Both the position numbers and the translations under genes were made by a program. Under the pieces are notes generated by a model. That model had not been told where the DNA came from, did no database searches, and saw only the letters and a list, made by a program, of their open reading frames with translations. This document shows, one piece after another, positions 1-12,530 of a DNA stretch of 64,000 nt; the stretch's first letter is position 1; every line of letters starts with the position of its first letter. Origin of the DNA: the human T2T-CHM13v2.0 reference genome, Homo sapiens; the NCBI RefSeq assembly GCF_009914755.1, contig NC_060929.1; one strand, written 5' to 3'.

Positions 1-740
1 GATTTATCAGTATCGTATTCATCTGCTGAGGAAGACAACTTTTTACAATTTTGCTTATGTTTTAGTTATATCAGGAAGAAAATAGAATATTTCTAAAAAT
101 ATTCCACTTAATATATAATATATAAATATGATATATAAATATAAATATAAATATATAATATATAATTATATATTATAAATTATATATTATAATATATAAT
201 ATAATATATAATTAGATATTATAATATAAAAATATAAATATAAAATAATATATAAATATATAATATATAATATATAATATATAACATATAAATATTATAT
301 GTTATATATAAATATATGTTATATGATGTATATAAATATATAATATATAACATATATATTATATGTTATATATTATACTATATACTATATACTATATAAT
401 ATATAGTATATAGTATATATTATATAATATATAGTATATAGTATATATTATATAATATATAGTATGTATTTTATTATGTATATTATATATTATATATTAT
501 ATAATTATATGTAATTATATATAATCTATATTATATAATATATTTATATTTTATATATTATATATAATATATATCGTTATATATTATTATATATTTATAT
601 ATAATATATAAAGTATTTATATATTATATATTAAGCAGAATATTTTTAGAAATATTGTTTTCTTCCTGATATAACTAAAACATAAGCAAAATTGTAAAAA
701 GTTGTCTTCCTCAGCAGATGAATATGATATTGATAACATC
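1..740. repeat. Inverted repeat (arms 1-111 and 631-740) enclosing a ~520-bp AT-rich core; PATRR-like
   Basis: 631-740 is the reverse complement of 1-111, and 16-82 vs 658-724 is a perfect 67-bp match. The core is (TA)-rich low complexity with internal palindromes. Confidence 0.95.
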
Positions 741-1020
741 TTTACTTTTCTTTATTGCTAACTCTATACCATTGGTAAATTAAAAATTAAGAGCAAGGTC
801 AAAAGATATGGATCAAAACCTCGTAGTTCAATAGTCAGAAACCATGAGGTATAAGGAGAGTGAAAATATTTTACTTGATAATGCTATAGAAAATTGGGAA
901 TAGAATATCATAGAGTGTACAAACCAGAGAGGAGAAAATGCTTGTGTTGAAACCTAGGGTTGATCATTTTTCAGCTGTATTATGTGAGTAAGTTTTTTTC
1001 ACTTCTTTCTTTTGTCATTT

Positions 1021-1203
1021 TGGGAGGGGGGAGGGTAACATTAGGAGATATACCTAATGCTTAATGACGAGTTAATGGGTGCAGCACACCAACATGGCAC
1101 ATGGATACATATGTAACAAACCTGCACGTTGTGCACATGTACCCTAAAACTTAGAGTATAATAATAATAAAATTTAAAAAAAATCTAAAAAAAATAAAAA
1201 ATA
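1021..1203 (+). mobile_element. 5'-truncated young L1PA (L1PA3/4-like) 3' end with A-rich tail
   Basis: GGGAGGGGGGAGGG...TTAGGAGATATACCTAATG...GACGAGTTAATGGGTGCAGCACACCAACATGGCAC...ACCCTAAAACTTAGAGTATAAT followed by an A-rich tail. Confidence 0.92.
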
Positions 1204-1205
1204 AT

Positions 1206-3470
1206 AATTTCAACTTTTATTTTAGATTCAAGGGATGCATGTTTGGCCTCTTATGTGGATATATTGCAAGATGCTGTGGTTTGAAGTATGATTGACCCTG
1301 TCAGGCAGGTACTGGGCATAGTATCCAATACCTAGTTTTTCAACCCTTATCTTTTTCATTCCTTCCACCCATCAGTCTCCAGCGTCTATTGTTGCTATCT
1401 TTATGTCCATGAGTGCCTGTTGTTTAGCTCCGAATTATGTGAGAACATGCAGTATTTGATTTTCTATGCCTGTGTTAGTTCACTTAGGATAATGATCTCT
1501 AGCTGCGTCCATGTTACTGCAAATAATATGATTTCATCCATTTTTATGGCTGCATAGTATTCTGTGGTGTATATGTACCATATTTTCTTTATCCAGTCCA
1601 CTGTCGAGGACCACCTAGGTTGATTTTATGTCTTTTGTTATTGTGAATAATGCTGTGATGAACTATGAGTACACATGCCTTTCTGGTAGAATTATTTATT
1701 TCTTTTGGATACATACCCAGTAATAGTGTTACTGGTGGTGACCCTTGACTATGAGTAGTCCAGGTTCTTGTTGTTTTAAACAAAGAATCGGAGAAAATGC
1801 ACAAAAAAGCAACAAAAGAATAAAGCAATGAAAGCACAGATTTACTGAAAGAAAAGTGTACTCCAGAGTGGGAGGGGGCTCAAGCAAGTGGCTCAAGCTC
1901 TGGTTACAGAATTTTCTGGGGTTTAAATACCCTCTAGTGGTTTCCCATTGGTTACTTAGTTTACACCCTATGTAAATGAAGGAATGACCTGCAACTAGTC
2001 TGATTGGTTGTGGAAGGTGACCAGTCAGAGGCTGAAATGAAGTTACAAAGTTACACTTTATGTAAATGTCTGATTGGTTGCCTGAGGGAACCAATCAGAG
2101 AATGAAGTGAAGTTACAAAGTTACACATGAAGACTTGGCCTGCAACCAGTCTGATTGTTTGCAGTAGGGGACCAATCAGAGGTACTTTCCATTTTTCATC
2201 TGCACAGAAGTAGGGAGGGGCTTGCAAAGGGAGTACCCTCTGATCCTTTTGTTACTTGAGCATGGGAAGTTGGAATTTTCCTTTTGATTTAGTTGTAGGA
2301 AGTTGGTGTGAATTGGCCTTAGGTTCCCTTCCTCCAGACCTCCAAACTGCCTTCCAAAGTGGTTGAACAAATTTACATTTCTACCAGAAGTATGTAAGCA
2401 TTTCCTTTTCTCTGCGGCCTCACCAGCATCGGCCATTTGTTGACTTTTTAATAGCCATTCTGACTGGTATGAGATGGTATCTCACTATGTTTTGGATTTG
2501 CATTTCTCTGATAATTAGTAATGTGGAGCATATTTTTTCATGTTTATTGGTTGCCTGTATGTCTTTTGAGAAGTGTCTGTTCATGTCTTTTGCCCATTTT
2601 TTTAAATGGGATTGACTTTTGCTTAATTGTTTAAGTTACTTATGAATAGAACTTTTTATATTAGACCTTTGTTGGGTTCATAGTTTCCAAATATTTTCTC
2701 CCATTCTGTATAGGTTGTGTGTTGACTGCATTGATAGTTTCTTTTGCTGTGCAGAAGCTCTTTAGTTTAATTAGGTCCTACTTGTCAATTTTTGTTTTTG
2801 TTGCAGTTGCTTTTTAGAACTTAGTATAAATTCTTTCCCAAGGACAATATCCAGAATGGTATTCTTTAGGTTTTCTTGGGGAAACCTAAAGTTTATAGTT
2901 TAAGGTGTTACATTTAATTATTTAATCCTTCTTTAGTTAATTTAGTTAATTTAGTTTTTGTATATGGGGACACGTAGGTAGGGGGTCCAGTTTTATTCTT
3001 CTGCCTATGGACATCCAGCTATACCAGCACAATTTATTGAACAGGGAGTACTTTCTTTATTGCTTATTTTTGTTAACTTTGTTGAAGATCAGATGGCTGT
3101 GGGTTTGTGGCCTTACTTTTGGGTTCTTTATTCTCTTCTTGGTCTATTTGTCTGCTTTTGTACCACTACCATGATGTTTTGGTTACTGTAGCCTTATAGT
3201 ACAGTTTGAAGTTGGGTAACATGATGCCTCTGGCTTCGTTCTTTTGGTATAGAATTTCTTTGGCTATGCAGGTTCTTTTTTGGTTCCATATGAATTTTTG
3301 GATAGTTTTTCTAGTTATGTGAATAATAACATTGGTAGTTTGACAGTAATCGCGTTGACTCTGTAGATTGCTTTGGGCATTATGGCCATTTTAATGATAG
3401 TGATTCTTCCATTCCATGAGTATGGAATGTTTCTCCATTTGTCTCATCTGTGAGTTCTTTCAGCAGTGTT
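1206..3470 (-). mobile_element. Old primate L1 (L1PA15/16-like) 3'UTR plus ORF2 3' part, interrupted by MER51 at 1727-2340
   Basis: Starts TTTCAACTTTTATTTTAGATTCA; antisense ORF2 motifs such as TTTGCTGTGCAGAAGCTCTTTAGTTTAATTAGGTCC and GTAGATTGCTTTGGGCA. Confidence 0.9.
1727..2340 (-). mobile_element. MER51-family (ERV1) solo LTR
   Basis: Reverse complement begins GGTCTGGAGGAAGGGAACCTAAGGCCAATTCAC...ACTAAATCAAAAGGAAAA like MER51; internal repeats with CTGATTGGTT/ACCAATCAGA; ends ...GTAACA. Confidence 0.85.
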
Positions 3471-4445
3471 TTCTGGGTGAAAATTTGATCTACTGGCTTT
3501 CTTTTTCTTTTGCTATATAGTAAAAGAAAAATAATGTGGTGTTTGAAATCAAGAAAATAATTTAAATTTATTTTGTCGTTATTATATGATTATAAATACT
3601 CCTTGACACAAATATTTCTAAACACAGAATCATGATATTCTTCATTTAATTTTAAATAATAAAGTAATAATTATAGATAATACCAGATGAATTGAGATCA
3701 TAGGTTTGGTGAATTGGCGATGTGTAACTAATGGCAAATATAAATCTCTTACTGCTTTTATTTTGAGAAATTGTAGTGACTGATATACTCAAAATGAAGG
3801 TGATATTGCTAGCCTCGATTTAAATAGAAAAATGGAACTATAGTTTTCATATTCATAACCATTCTATGAAGATTTTGACAAATGCATTGGAGTAAAAAAT
3901 TATCATTAACCTATGATTTATGAGATAAATAAGGAGTGAGTAATTACATGTAAATTTAGAATGTAAAACTATTTTTAATATGGCTACTTTTGTAATTTTA
4001 TTGTCAATCAAGACTTCATTAACATGTTACTCTATTATTCTTGTAACTTTATTGTTAAAACTTTATTAACATTATTAACTATTTTTTCACTGTAGGTATT
4101 TGTAATTATGCATTTAGGTCAGTAACTTATTTGGAATCTAATTTGATGCAAAAATAATGGAAATAGTTTATATTTATTATGAAATATGTTATGCAAATTT
4201 TTTGTATTCTCAAATGTAGTATTTTTAGATGAGTACTGATTTTCATAATAAGTGAAAGTAATAATAGCAAATACTTCTCAAGACTTATTGTTGCTGGGCT
4301 CTGTATCATAGGCCCCATATGCATCAGCTCTTGAATTTCATTTAGATGTTATCAGCTTTTATATATGATCTCTTCAAGAAATTGGAAAGTTATTTTCATT
4401 CTGTTGTAGAGCATGAGAAAAATGAAAGCTTTGTTTTTACTTAGT

Positions 4446-4803
4446 TAATATGGTTTCGCTTTGTGTCCCCACCCAAATCTCATGTAGAATTGTAATCCCC
4501 GCATATTGAGGGGGGGATCTGCTAGGAGGTGACTGGATTATGGAGGAAGTTTTCTCCATGCTGTTCTTATGACAGTGAGGGAGTTCTCACAAGATCTGAT
4601 GGTTTAAAAGTGGCAGTTTCTCCTGCACTCTCTCTCTCCTGCTGCCATGTAAGACGTGCCTTGCTTCCCCTTGGCCTCCTGTTGGTGTAACTGTCCTGAG
4701 ACCTCCCCAGCCATGCAGAACTGTGAGTCAATAAACCTCCTTTGTTTATAAATTACCCAGTCTCAGGTATTTCTTTATAGTACTATGAAAACAAACTAAT
4801 ACA
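4446..4803 (+). mobile_element. MaLR solo LTR (MSTA/THE1D-like)
   Basis: TAATATGGTTT...TGTGTCCCCACCCAAATCTCAT...AATTACCCAGTCTCAGGTATTTCTTTATAG...ACTAATACA; perfect 5-bp TSD TTAGT (4441-4445, 4804-4808). Confidence 0.92.
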
Positions 4804-4932
4804 TTAGTCTAAAAAATATATTTGTCTATCAGTTATATAACTTTGTCATATTTTTTATTTTGAGCATATTTCCTTTTGAACATTCTTGCTGATACAAATA
4901 GAAATTGCAGTTATTGAAGAGTTGTACATTGA

Positions 4933-5252
<320 letters not shown>

Positions 5253-5354
5253 TATACCATTATTTCTTAAAATTTCCCTTATGATATACATTACAATTCA
5301 TATCACCCAAATAATTTTAGTGCTATATTAAAATCTTACCAAAACATTTATCTT

Positions 5355-6310
5355 ATAGAGATTTGTATCCAAAACATATAAAGAACTCTTAAGTCTAAAA
5401 AAGGCTATATACTATATGATTCTAATTATATAACATTATATGAAAAAGCAGAAAATATAGATACAGTAAAAATATAAGTGGCTTCCATGGGCTCAGGAGG
5501 AGGCATAGAGGGTTGAATATATGAAGCACAAGATTTTGTCTTTAGAAAGAGTAATTAAATTTTATGATATTGTAATGGTGGACTTGTAACATTATGTATT
5601 TGTCAAAACTCATAAAACTTTATAGTACAAAGAGTGAACCTTAGTGTATACAAATTAAAAAATCAGTTAAAAGTTTTGGAGATCACAAAGGAATTCATAA
5701 TAACAGAATCTAAATTAAATATGAAACAATCTCTTTGAAGTGGGTGTGTGTAAAAGGTGCTGACCTAAGTAATTTTGGATAGGATTTAGAGTCTTGAAGT
5801 CTAAAGACAAAAAGAACTGCATAAATACACTTGTTGTTAAAGTTGTTTCTTGAAAATCATTTAGAAGGTTGGGGGATCCCAAAAGGAATGCATAATATGA
5901 CAACAGAACCTAACTCTAATAACAATGTATGAAATAATATTGCTCTCTGAAGGGGGTGTGTGTAAAAGGTGCTAATCTAAGTCATTTTGTATAGGACTAG
6001 AGTCTCTAAGTCTAAAAGCAAAAAGACCTAAATATGCGTACTTGTTGATAAAGTTGTTTCTTAACAGGGTGTAAGTTAATTTTGATATTACTACACATGT
6101 ATAATTGAATTGAATAATTAAGCAAATGAATGGTGGATGATTGGAGCCATATTTCTCACTGTTGCAGTAAATGTACAGATTAGTAAGAGGAGGATGGTAG
6201 AATGAGCCATGTTGTAATGGATAAAAGTTGGGCATATCAGTAAGAATTCATGTTTAAATTAATTTATATAAATATGGTGACATATAGAAATAATGTTTCA
6301 AATATATATG
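5355..6310 (+). mobile_element. L1MC3-like 3'UTR fragment with internal tandem duplication
   Basis: AAGGCTATATACTATATGATTC..., CATTATGTATTTGTCAAAACTCATAAAAC, AAAAGGTGCTGACCTAAGTAA, GATAAAGTTGTTTC resemble the L1MC3 3' end. Confidence 0.8.
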
Positions 6311-6519
6311 AAAATAGAATTATACAATATACCCATACCCTCTTAAGCCATTTTTAACTACTGACCAAACCTGTCTCATCTATACTTGCATCTTCTCCCT
6401 CCCCCTCATATTAGTTTAAAGCATATTCCAGGTATCATATTTTATTTATAAAATTTTGGTAGTTATATCTAAAACAAGAAACCCCTTGTTTTATTCACCA
6501 TCACCACTACATCTTTAAG

Positions 6520-6981
6520 GTACTACAGGACTGAGCCTGGTGCTTCTTTCATATCCCCTTAGCATTTACCTCTAAAGCCAAAGCATCTTGCTTAATTACC
6601 TGAGACTTTACCTAATACTTTCATTTTTCCTGACCACAGGATCACATTAGACCTTTGTGTAGAATAAGCTGCAAGGGCTGGAGAGTTAAGGCCCCAGGGA
6701 GCAACCTTCGACCAATATCAAATAGGAATTTAGTGGATAAATTCCCCAGCTTGCCTCCCTCAGTTAAAATACCTCTGAAGTTTGATATACATTACAGCAG
6801 GATTGAGCTCCGGTAGCACAATGAAAACCTGATGGATAGTGCATCTTGTATGGAATCCCTTCCTTTCCTTGCCTTGCTTCCTCACTTCTCTATTTGTATC
6901 CTGAGATTACCTCCCAAACAAGTTGCTTGTCCTACAGTTCTTGTTTCAGAATCTGTTTTGGAGGGAGACCAAACCAGGTCA
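6520..6981 (+). mobile_element. LTR16-family (ERVL) solo LTR
   Basis: GTGGATAAATTCCCCAGCTT, CAGGATTGAGCTCC, GATTACCTCCCAAACAAG...TTGTTTCAGAATCTGTTTTGGAGGGAGACCAAAC; start boundary uncertain. Confidence 0.75.
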
Positions 6982-6989
6982 CATTTTCT

Positions 6990-7510
6990 AAAGAAATTAA
7001 TGATAATTTCTTAATGGGATAAAATATTAAGTGTTAACATTTCTAATTGTCTTATACATATAAAATTTATTATTTTATTATACATTATTTTATATTAAAA
7101 ATCAAGACTCAAGGCCCTCCTGTATCTATTGCTTCATATGTATTTTAAGCCTATTTTAATTAATCTCTATGCATGGTTCCCTCCATATCTTCTGTATTTC
7201 TTCTAGTTTATTTTTTGAGGAAACTGGATTGTTTAACTCATACATTTCTCATGGCCTGAACTTTGCTGATTACATCCCCAAGGTGTAGTTTATAACAGGA
7301 TCATTTTTTGTTAATGGTGTTTGGAGGTAGAATCTTGCCCAGATAAGGATTTGATTTTTTTTCCCCTTGGCAAAACTACCCCTAGACTATATCTCAAAGA
7401 CTATATCTATAAAGAGGAACATAACGGAAATGCCCGATTCTCTTTTGTTCGTGGTATTAGCAATCAGGCATAAGTGTTTAGATCTACTAGTTAGAGGTTG
7501 CAAAATTATA
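6990..7510 (-). mobile_element. L1MC4/5-like fragment (likely continuing 6330-6500)
   Basis: GAAACTGGATTGTTT...GAACTTTGCTGATTACATCCCC; diverged. Confidence 0.5.
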
Positions 7511-8459
7511 CATAAATCAAAAGTTTATTTTAAAATCAAGGTATATTTTGTTTAGATTTATCTTTTTTTATCAGTACATAATATTTGTACATACTAATGT
7601 GGTACATGTAATATTTTGTTATATGCCTAGAATGTGTAATGATCAAGACAGGGTATTAAAGATATACATTATCATTTCTATGTGTTGGGAACATTTCAAA
7701 TCCTCTCTTCTAGCTATTTTAAAATACACAATATATTGTTGTTAACAATACTCACCCTACTCTGCTATTGAACATTGGAATTTATTCGTTCTGTCTAACT
7801 GTATGTTTGTACCCATTTACCAACCTCTCTTCATTTACCTCCCCCCAAAAACATACCTTTCCCAGCCTTTGATAATTATCATTCTATTCTCTACCTCCAT
7901 GAGATCAACATTTTTACCTCCCATATATGAGCGAAAATATGCAATGTTCATCTTACTGTGCTTGGCTAATTTTACATAATGACTTCCAGTTTTCATCCAT
8001 GTTACTGAAAGTGACAGAATTTCAGTCTTTTTTATGGCTATTATTCCACTGTTTATACATACCACATTTTCTTTTCATTCATTCGTTGATGGACAGTTAG
8101 GCTGATTGCATGTATCTTTGGCTACTGCTATAGTGTTTTAATAAGCATGGTGGAGGGCAAGTATCACTTTGATATGTTAATTTCCTTTCCTTGGATAAAT
8201 ATCCAGTAGTGGAGATGCAAATTTTCATGGTAGTTCTATTTTTAGTTTTTAAAGAAATCTCCATACTGTTTTTCATAATAATTGTATTAATTTACATTCC
8301 TAACAGTAGTATGTAAGAGTTCTTTTTTCTCTGCATCCTTGCCAGCATCTATTTTTGACAACACCTTTTCTAAGTAGGGTAAGATAATATATTATTGTGA
8401 TTGTTGTAGTTTTGATTTGCATTTTTGCATTTCCCTGATGATTAAATATGTTGACTAAT

Positions 8460-8540
8460 GTTGTTTTTTGTTTTGTTTTGTTTTTTAGAAATGAAATCTC
8501 CCTATGTTGCTCAGGCCGCTCTCCTGGGCTCAAGCAATCT
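8460..8540 (-). mobile_element. Truncated FLAM/AluJ left-monomer fragment inside the L1
   Basis: (TTTTG)n tail then AGAAATGAAATCTCCCTATGTTGCTCAGGC...CTCCTGGGCTCAAGCAATC. Confidence 0.7.
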
Positions 8541-9123
8541 TGGCCATTTGTATGTCTCCTTTTGAGAAATGTCTATACAGGTTCTTTGCCCACTTTTTAA
8601 GGGCATTGTTTTCTCCTGGTTGAATTGCTTGAGTACCTTGTGTGTTCTAGATATTGTTCCTTGTCAGATGAATACTTTGCAAGTATTTTCTCCCACTCAA
8701 CAGGTTGTCTCTTTGTTGACTGTTTCCTTTGTTGTGCAGAGGCATTTAATTTAAAATACTTTCATTAGTCTATTTCTGTTTTTGTTATCTGTGCTTTTGA
8801 GGTCTTAGCCATAATATTTTTGCCAATACGAATGTCGTTATTTTTCTGTTTTCTTCTACTAACATTGTAACTTGAGATCTTAGGTTTAAGTCTTTCATTC
8901 ACTTTGAGTTGATTTTTGTGTGTGGTAAGATGGGTCTAGTGTCATTTTTCTGCATATGAATATCCAGTTTTCCCAGCCTCATGTACTAAAGATAATGTAC
9001 TTTCCCCAATATGTGTCTGTGGCATACTCGGCACCTTTTACAAAAATCAGTTGGCTGTAAATATGTGGATTTGTTTCTGGATTGTTTATTCTGTTCCTTT
9101 TGTCTATGTGTCCATTTTAATAG

Positions 9124-9407
<284 letters not shown>

Positions 9408-11579
9408 TGCAATAATGTTTTTATTACTATAACCTTGGACATATTTTCCAAGGTAACGTAATGTGATACTTACAGTTTTGTCCTTTTTGCTCAGGATTGC
9501 TTTGACTGTTTGAGCTTTCTTTTGGTTCCATATTAATTTTAGAATTGTTTTATTTCTATGAAAAATAATGTTGGTATTTTGATAAAAATTATACTTAATC
9601 TTTAGATTGCTTTGAATAGTATGGTCGTTTTAACAATATTAATTCTTCCAATCCATGAGCATGGGATTTCTTTCTCTTTGTTCATGTCTTCTTCAATTTC
9701 TTTCATCAGTTTTTTGTAAGTTTACTTGTAGAGGTGTTTCACTTTCTTGGTTAAATTTATTCCTAGGTGTTTTATTTATTTATTTTTGTAACTATTATAA
9801 ATAGAATTGGGTTCTTCGTTTCTTTTTCAGCTAGTTTATTATTAATATACAGATATGCTACTGATTGTTTATATTGATTTTGTATCCTGAGACTTTACTG
9901 AATTTGCTTATCAGGTCTCAGAGATTTTTGGTGGAATCTGTAGGATCGTCTAAATGTAAGAGGATCCTCTAAATGTAAAGAGGGTCAGTTTGGCTTCACG
10001 TTTATAAGTTTAGAGAACTTTTATTTCTTTCTCTTGTCTGATTGCTCTGGCTGGGACTTCCATTACTATGTTGAGTAGTAGTGGTGAAAGAAGACATATT
10101 TGTCTTGTTTTAGTTCTTAGAGGAAAAGCTTTCAGCTTTCCCTTTTCAGTGTGGTGTTTTCTGTGGGTGTATCATACATGGCCTTTATTATGTTGAAGTA
10201 TGTTCCTTCTATGCCTAGTTTGTTGAAAGTTTTTATCATGAAATCATACTGAATTTTACCAAATGCGTTTTCTGCATGTATTGAGATTATCATATGTTTT
10301 CATCTTTTCAGTCTCTTGATGTAATATGTCACATTTATCAATTTGTCTATGTTATACCAGCCTTGCATCCCTGGATAAATCCCACTTGATCATTATTTAA
10401 TTTTTTTTTAATGTGCTCTTGGGTTTACTTTGCTAGTATTTTGTTGAAGATTTTTTGTGTCTATATTCTAGATATAGGCCTGTAGTTTTATCGCTGTGTG
10501 TTCCTGTCCTTTTCTGATTTTGGTGTCAGGCTTTTCAAAACTAGTTGGCGAGGTGGCCTATTAACTATGGATAACATACGATGAAGATTTTTAAATCCTT
10601 GATTAATCAAGGAAAAGATTAAATTTTATTTTAGTGTTGACAACTGAAGAATGCAAAGAAGTCAAAGAAGTGTATATAATGCATTTAGAAGTTCTTAATT
10701 AAGCACCTTATTACTTGTAGAGGTCATCCTCAATTACCTGTCAAAGGTATTTCATTTCGTATTAACATCAAGAAAATTAGATAATTAATAATTAGCACTT
10801 TCTGCCACCCACTGGCATTTATGGTTCTACTTTGAAATTTAAATTCATTAACCTTTCTCATCATACAACAATGTAAAACCTCCCCCCAAATTTGCATCAT
10901 TTCCTAGGATGCCTGTGTTGATCATTTCTCCTTTTTGAGGAATAACCATGACTGCAAAAGACTGAAGAGCCTACCTCCTGAGTGCTTTATTCTTCACCCT
11001 TTCCCAAGATGTTTGAATGATATCCTCTGTCTTTTGAAACCTGACATATTTATTTTGATTTTGAATATGTATGTTCTACTTATAACACCATAAAAGAGAA
11101 CAAAATTATATGGTTCTAAAATGAAATAAAAGGTCTTTAAAATATAAATAATGGGTCATGAACAATTGCATGACCAGAAAATAATCTGTGAAATATTTTC
11201 CCTTACATATCGCATGTGCCTCTAATGATGTTTAAAGAGAGACAGTGTAACCAAATAGACTTAAAAGAAGTTGAATGTATCTTAGTCTGTTTTTGATGAT
11301 TCAAATGTCCCTTGGAAGTCTCTTACGTGTATAAATAACAGTTGTTGATTTTGGACTGTGACAGTGGTGAAAAGCTGTTTAGAATAAATCAGCTTAAGCA
11401 GATTGCATCACATAAACTGTGAAAAACATCCAACTCTGGGGTAGTTTTTAGAGTTTTCAAAGTTCTGCCTTTCATTTAAAAGAACATTTTTTCCTGAAAA
11501 TATTTGGCTGTAAAAAGTATTCTTTAATACAAAAATTAACCTCTTTACCTTCTTTTCTTTTTCTAAACCTCTTTTATCC

Positions 11580-12530
11580 ATTTTTAAAAACCTTTATTGA
11601 ATTGCAATATGTATACATTAATGTCCACCTATCATCAGTTTACAACTCAATGAATTTTCTCAAACTAAACATAGTATGTAACTAGCATTGATATCCAGAA
11701 ATAGATTATTACCAACATTTCCAAAGCCCCCATATGCCTTTTAGTCACTATTTCTCACACTCAAGATAATTTCTTTCCTGATTTCTAATCCCACTGTTTA
11801 GTTTTGTCTGTTTTATACATGGAGAGGTAAGTTCATAGCCTTTTATAACTAACTTATTTTGAGTGATCCTGTGTTTACAATCTTCACCATGTTGTTGCGT
11901 GTGGATTTTGATGGTTATTCTCACTGCTGTATACTACTGTTATGGAAACATACCACAATTTATTTATCCATTTCAGTGTTTATAGATATAGTTAATAAGT
12001 GGCCTTTGCAGTTTAGGGCTATTATAAACAGTAATGCTGTAAATATTTTAGTACCTGTACTTTGGTAAAGCTATCTATCTAGGTATTATACACAAAAAAT
12101 GGAATCCGTGAGTTTTGTGTCTGTATTTTTAGCTTAAGTACATACTTCAAATAGCTTTCCGAAGTATTAATGCAAATTTACACCTGACACCAGCAGCATT
12201 CCAGGGTTCTGGTTGCACTGCCTCCTTCCCAAAACTAGTCATTGCCTGCTTTTGTTTTATCTATTCTAGAGTATGTAGTGGTATCATGTTGTGGTTTTAA
12301 TTTTCACTTTTCTTTTTCTTAATAAAGTTAAGCATTAAGAAAACACATCTATTGGCCATTTGGATTTCATCCAGTGTGAACTCTCTATTCAACTATTTTA
12401 TTACTTTTCTATTATATCTTTTTTTCATTGATGCACATAGTTTTGACACACTCAGAACTAGTCAGTTGTGTCATATATACATTGCAAACATCTTTCTTTG
12501 TGGGTTATGTTTTCATTATCAAAGTGGTGA
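11580..12530 (-). mobile_element. Old L1ME-type 3' fragment
   Basis: CTTTATTGAATTGC...TACAACTCAATGAATTTTCTCAAACT..., GGTATCATGTTGTGGTTTTAATTTTCAC, ATTGGCCATTTGGATTTC. Confidence 0.75.
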
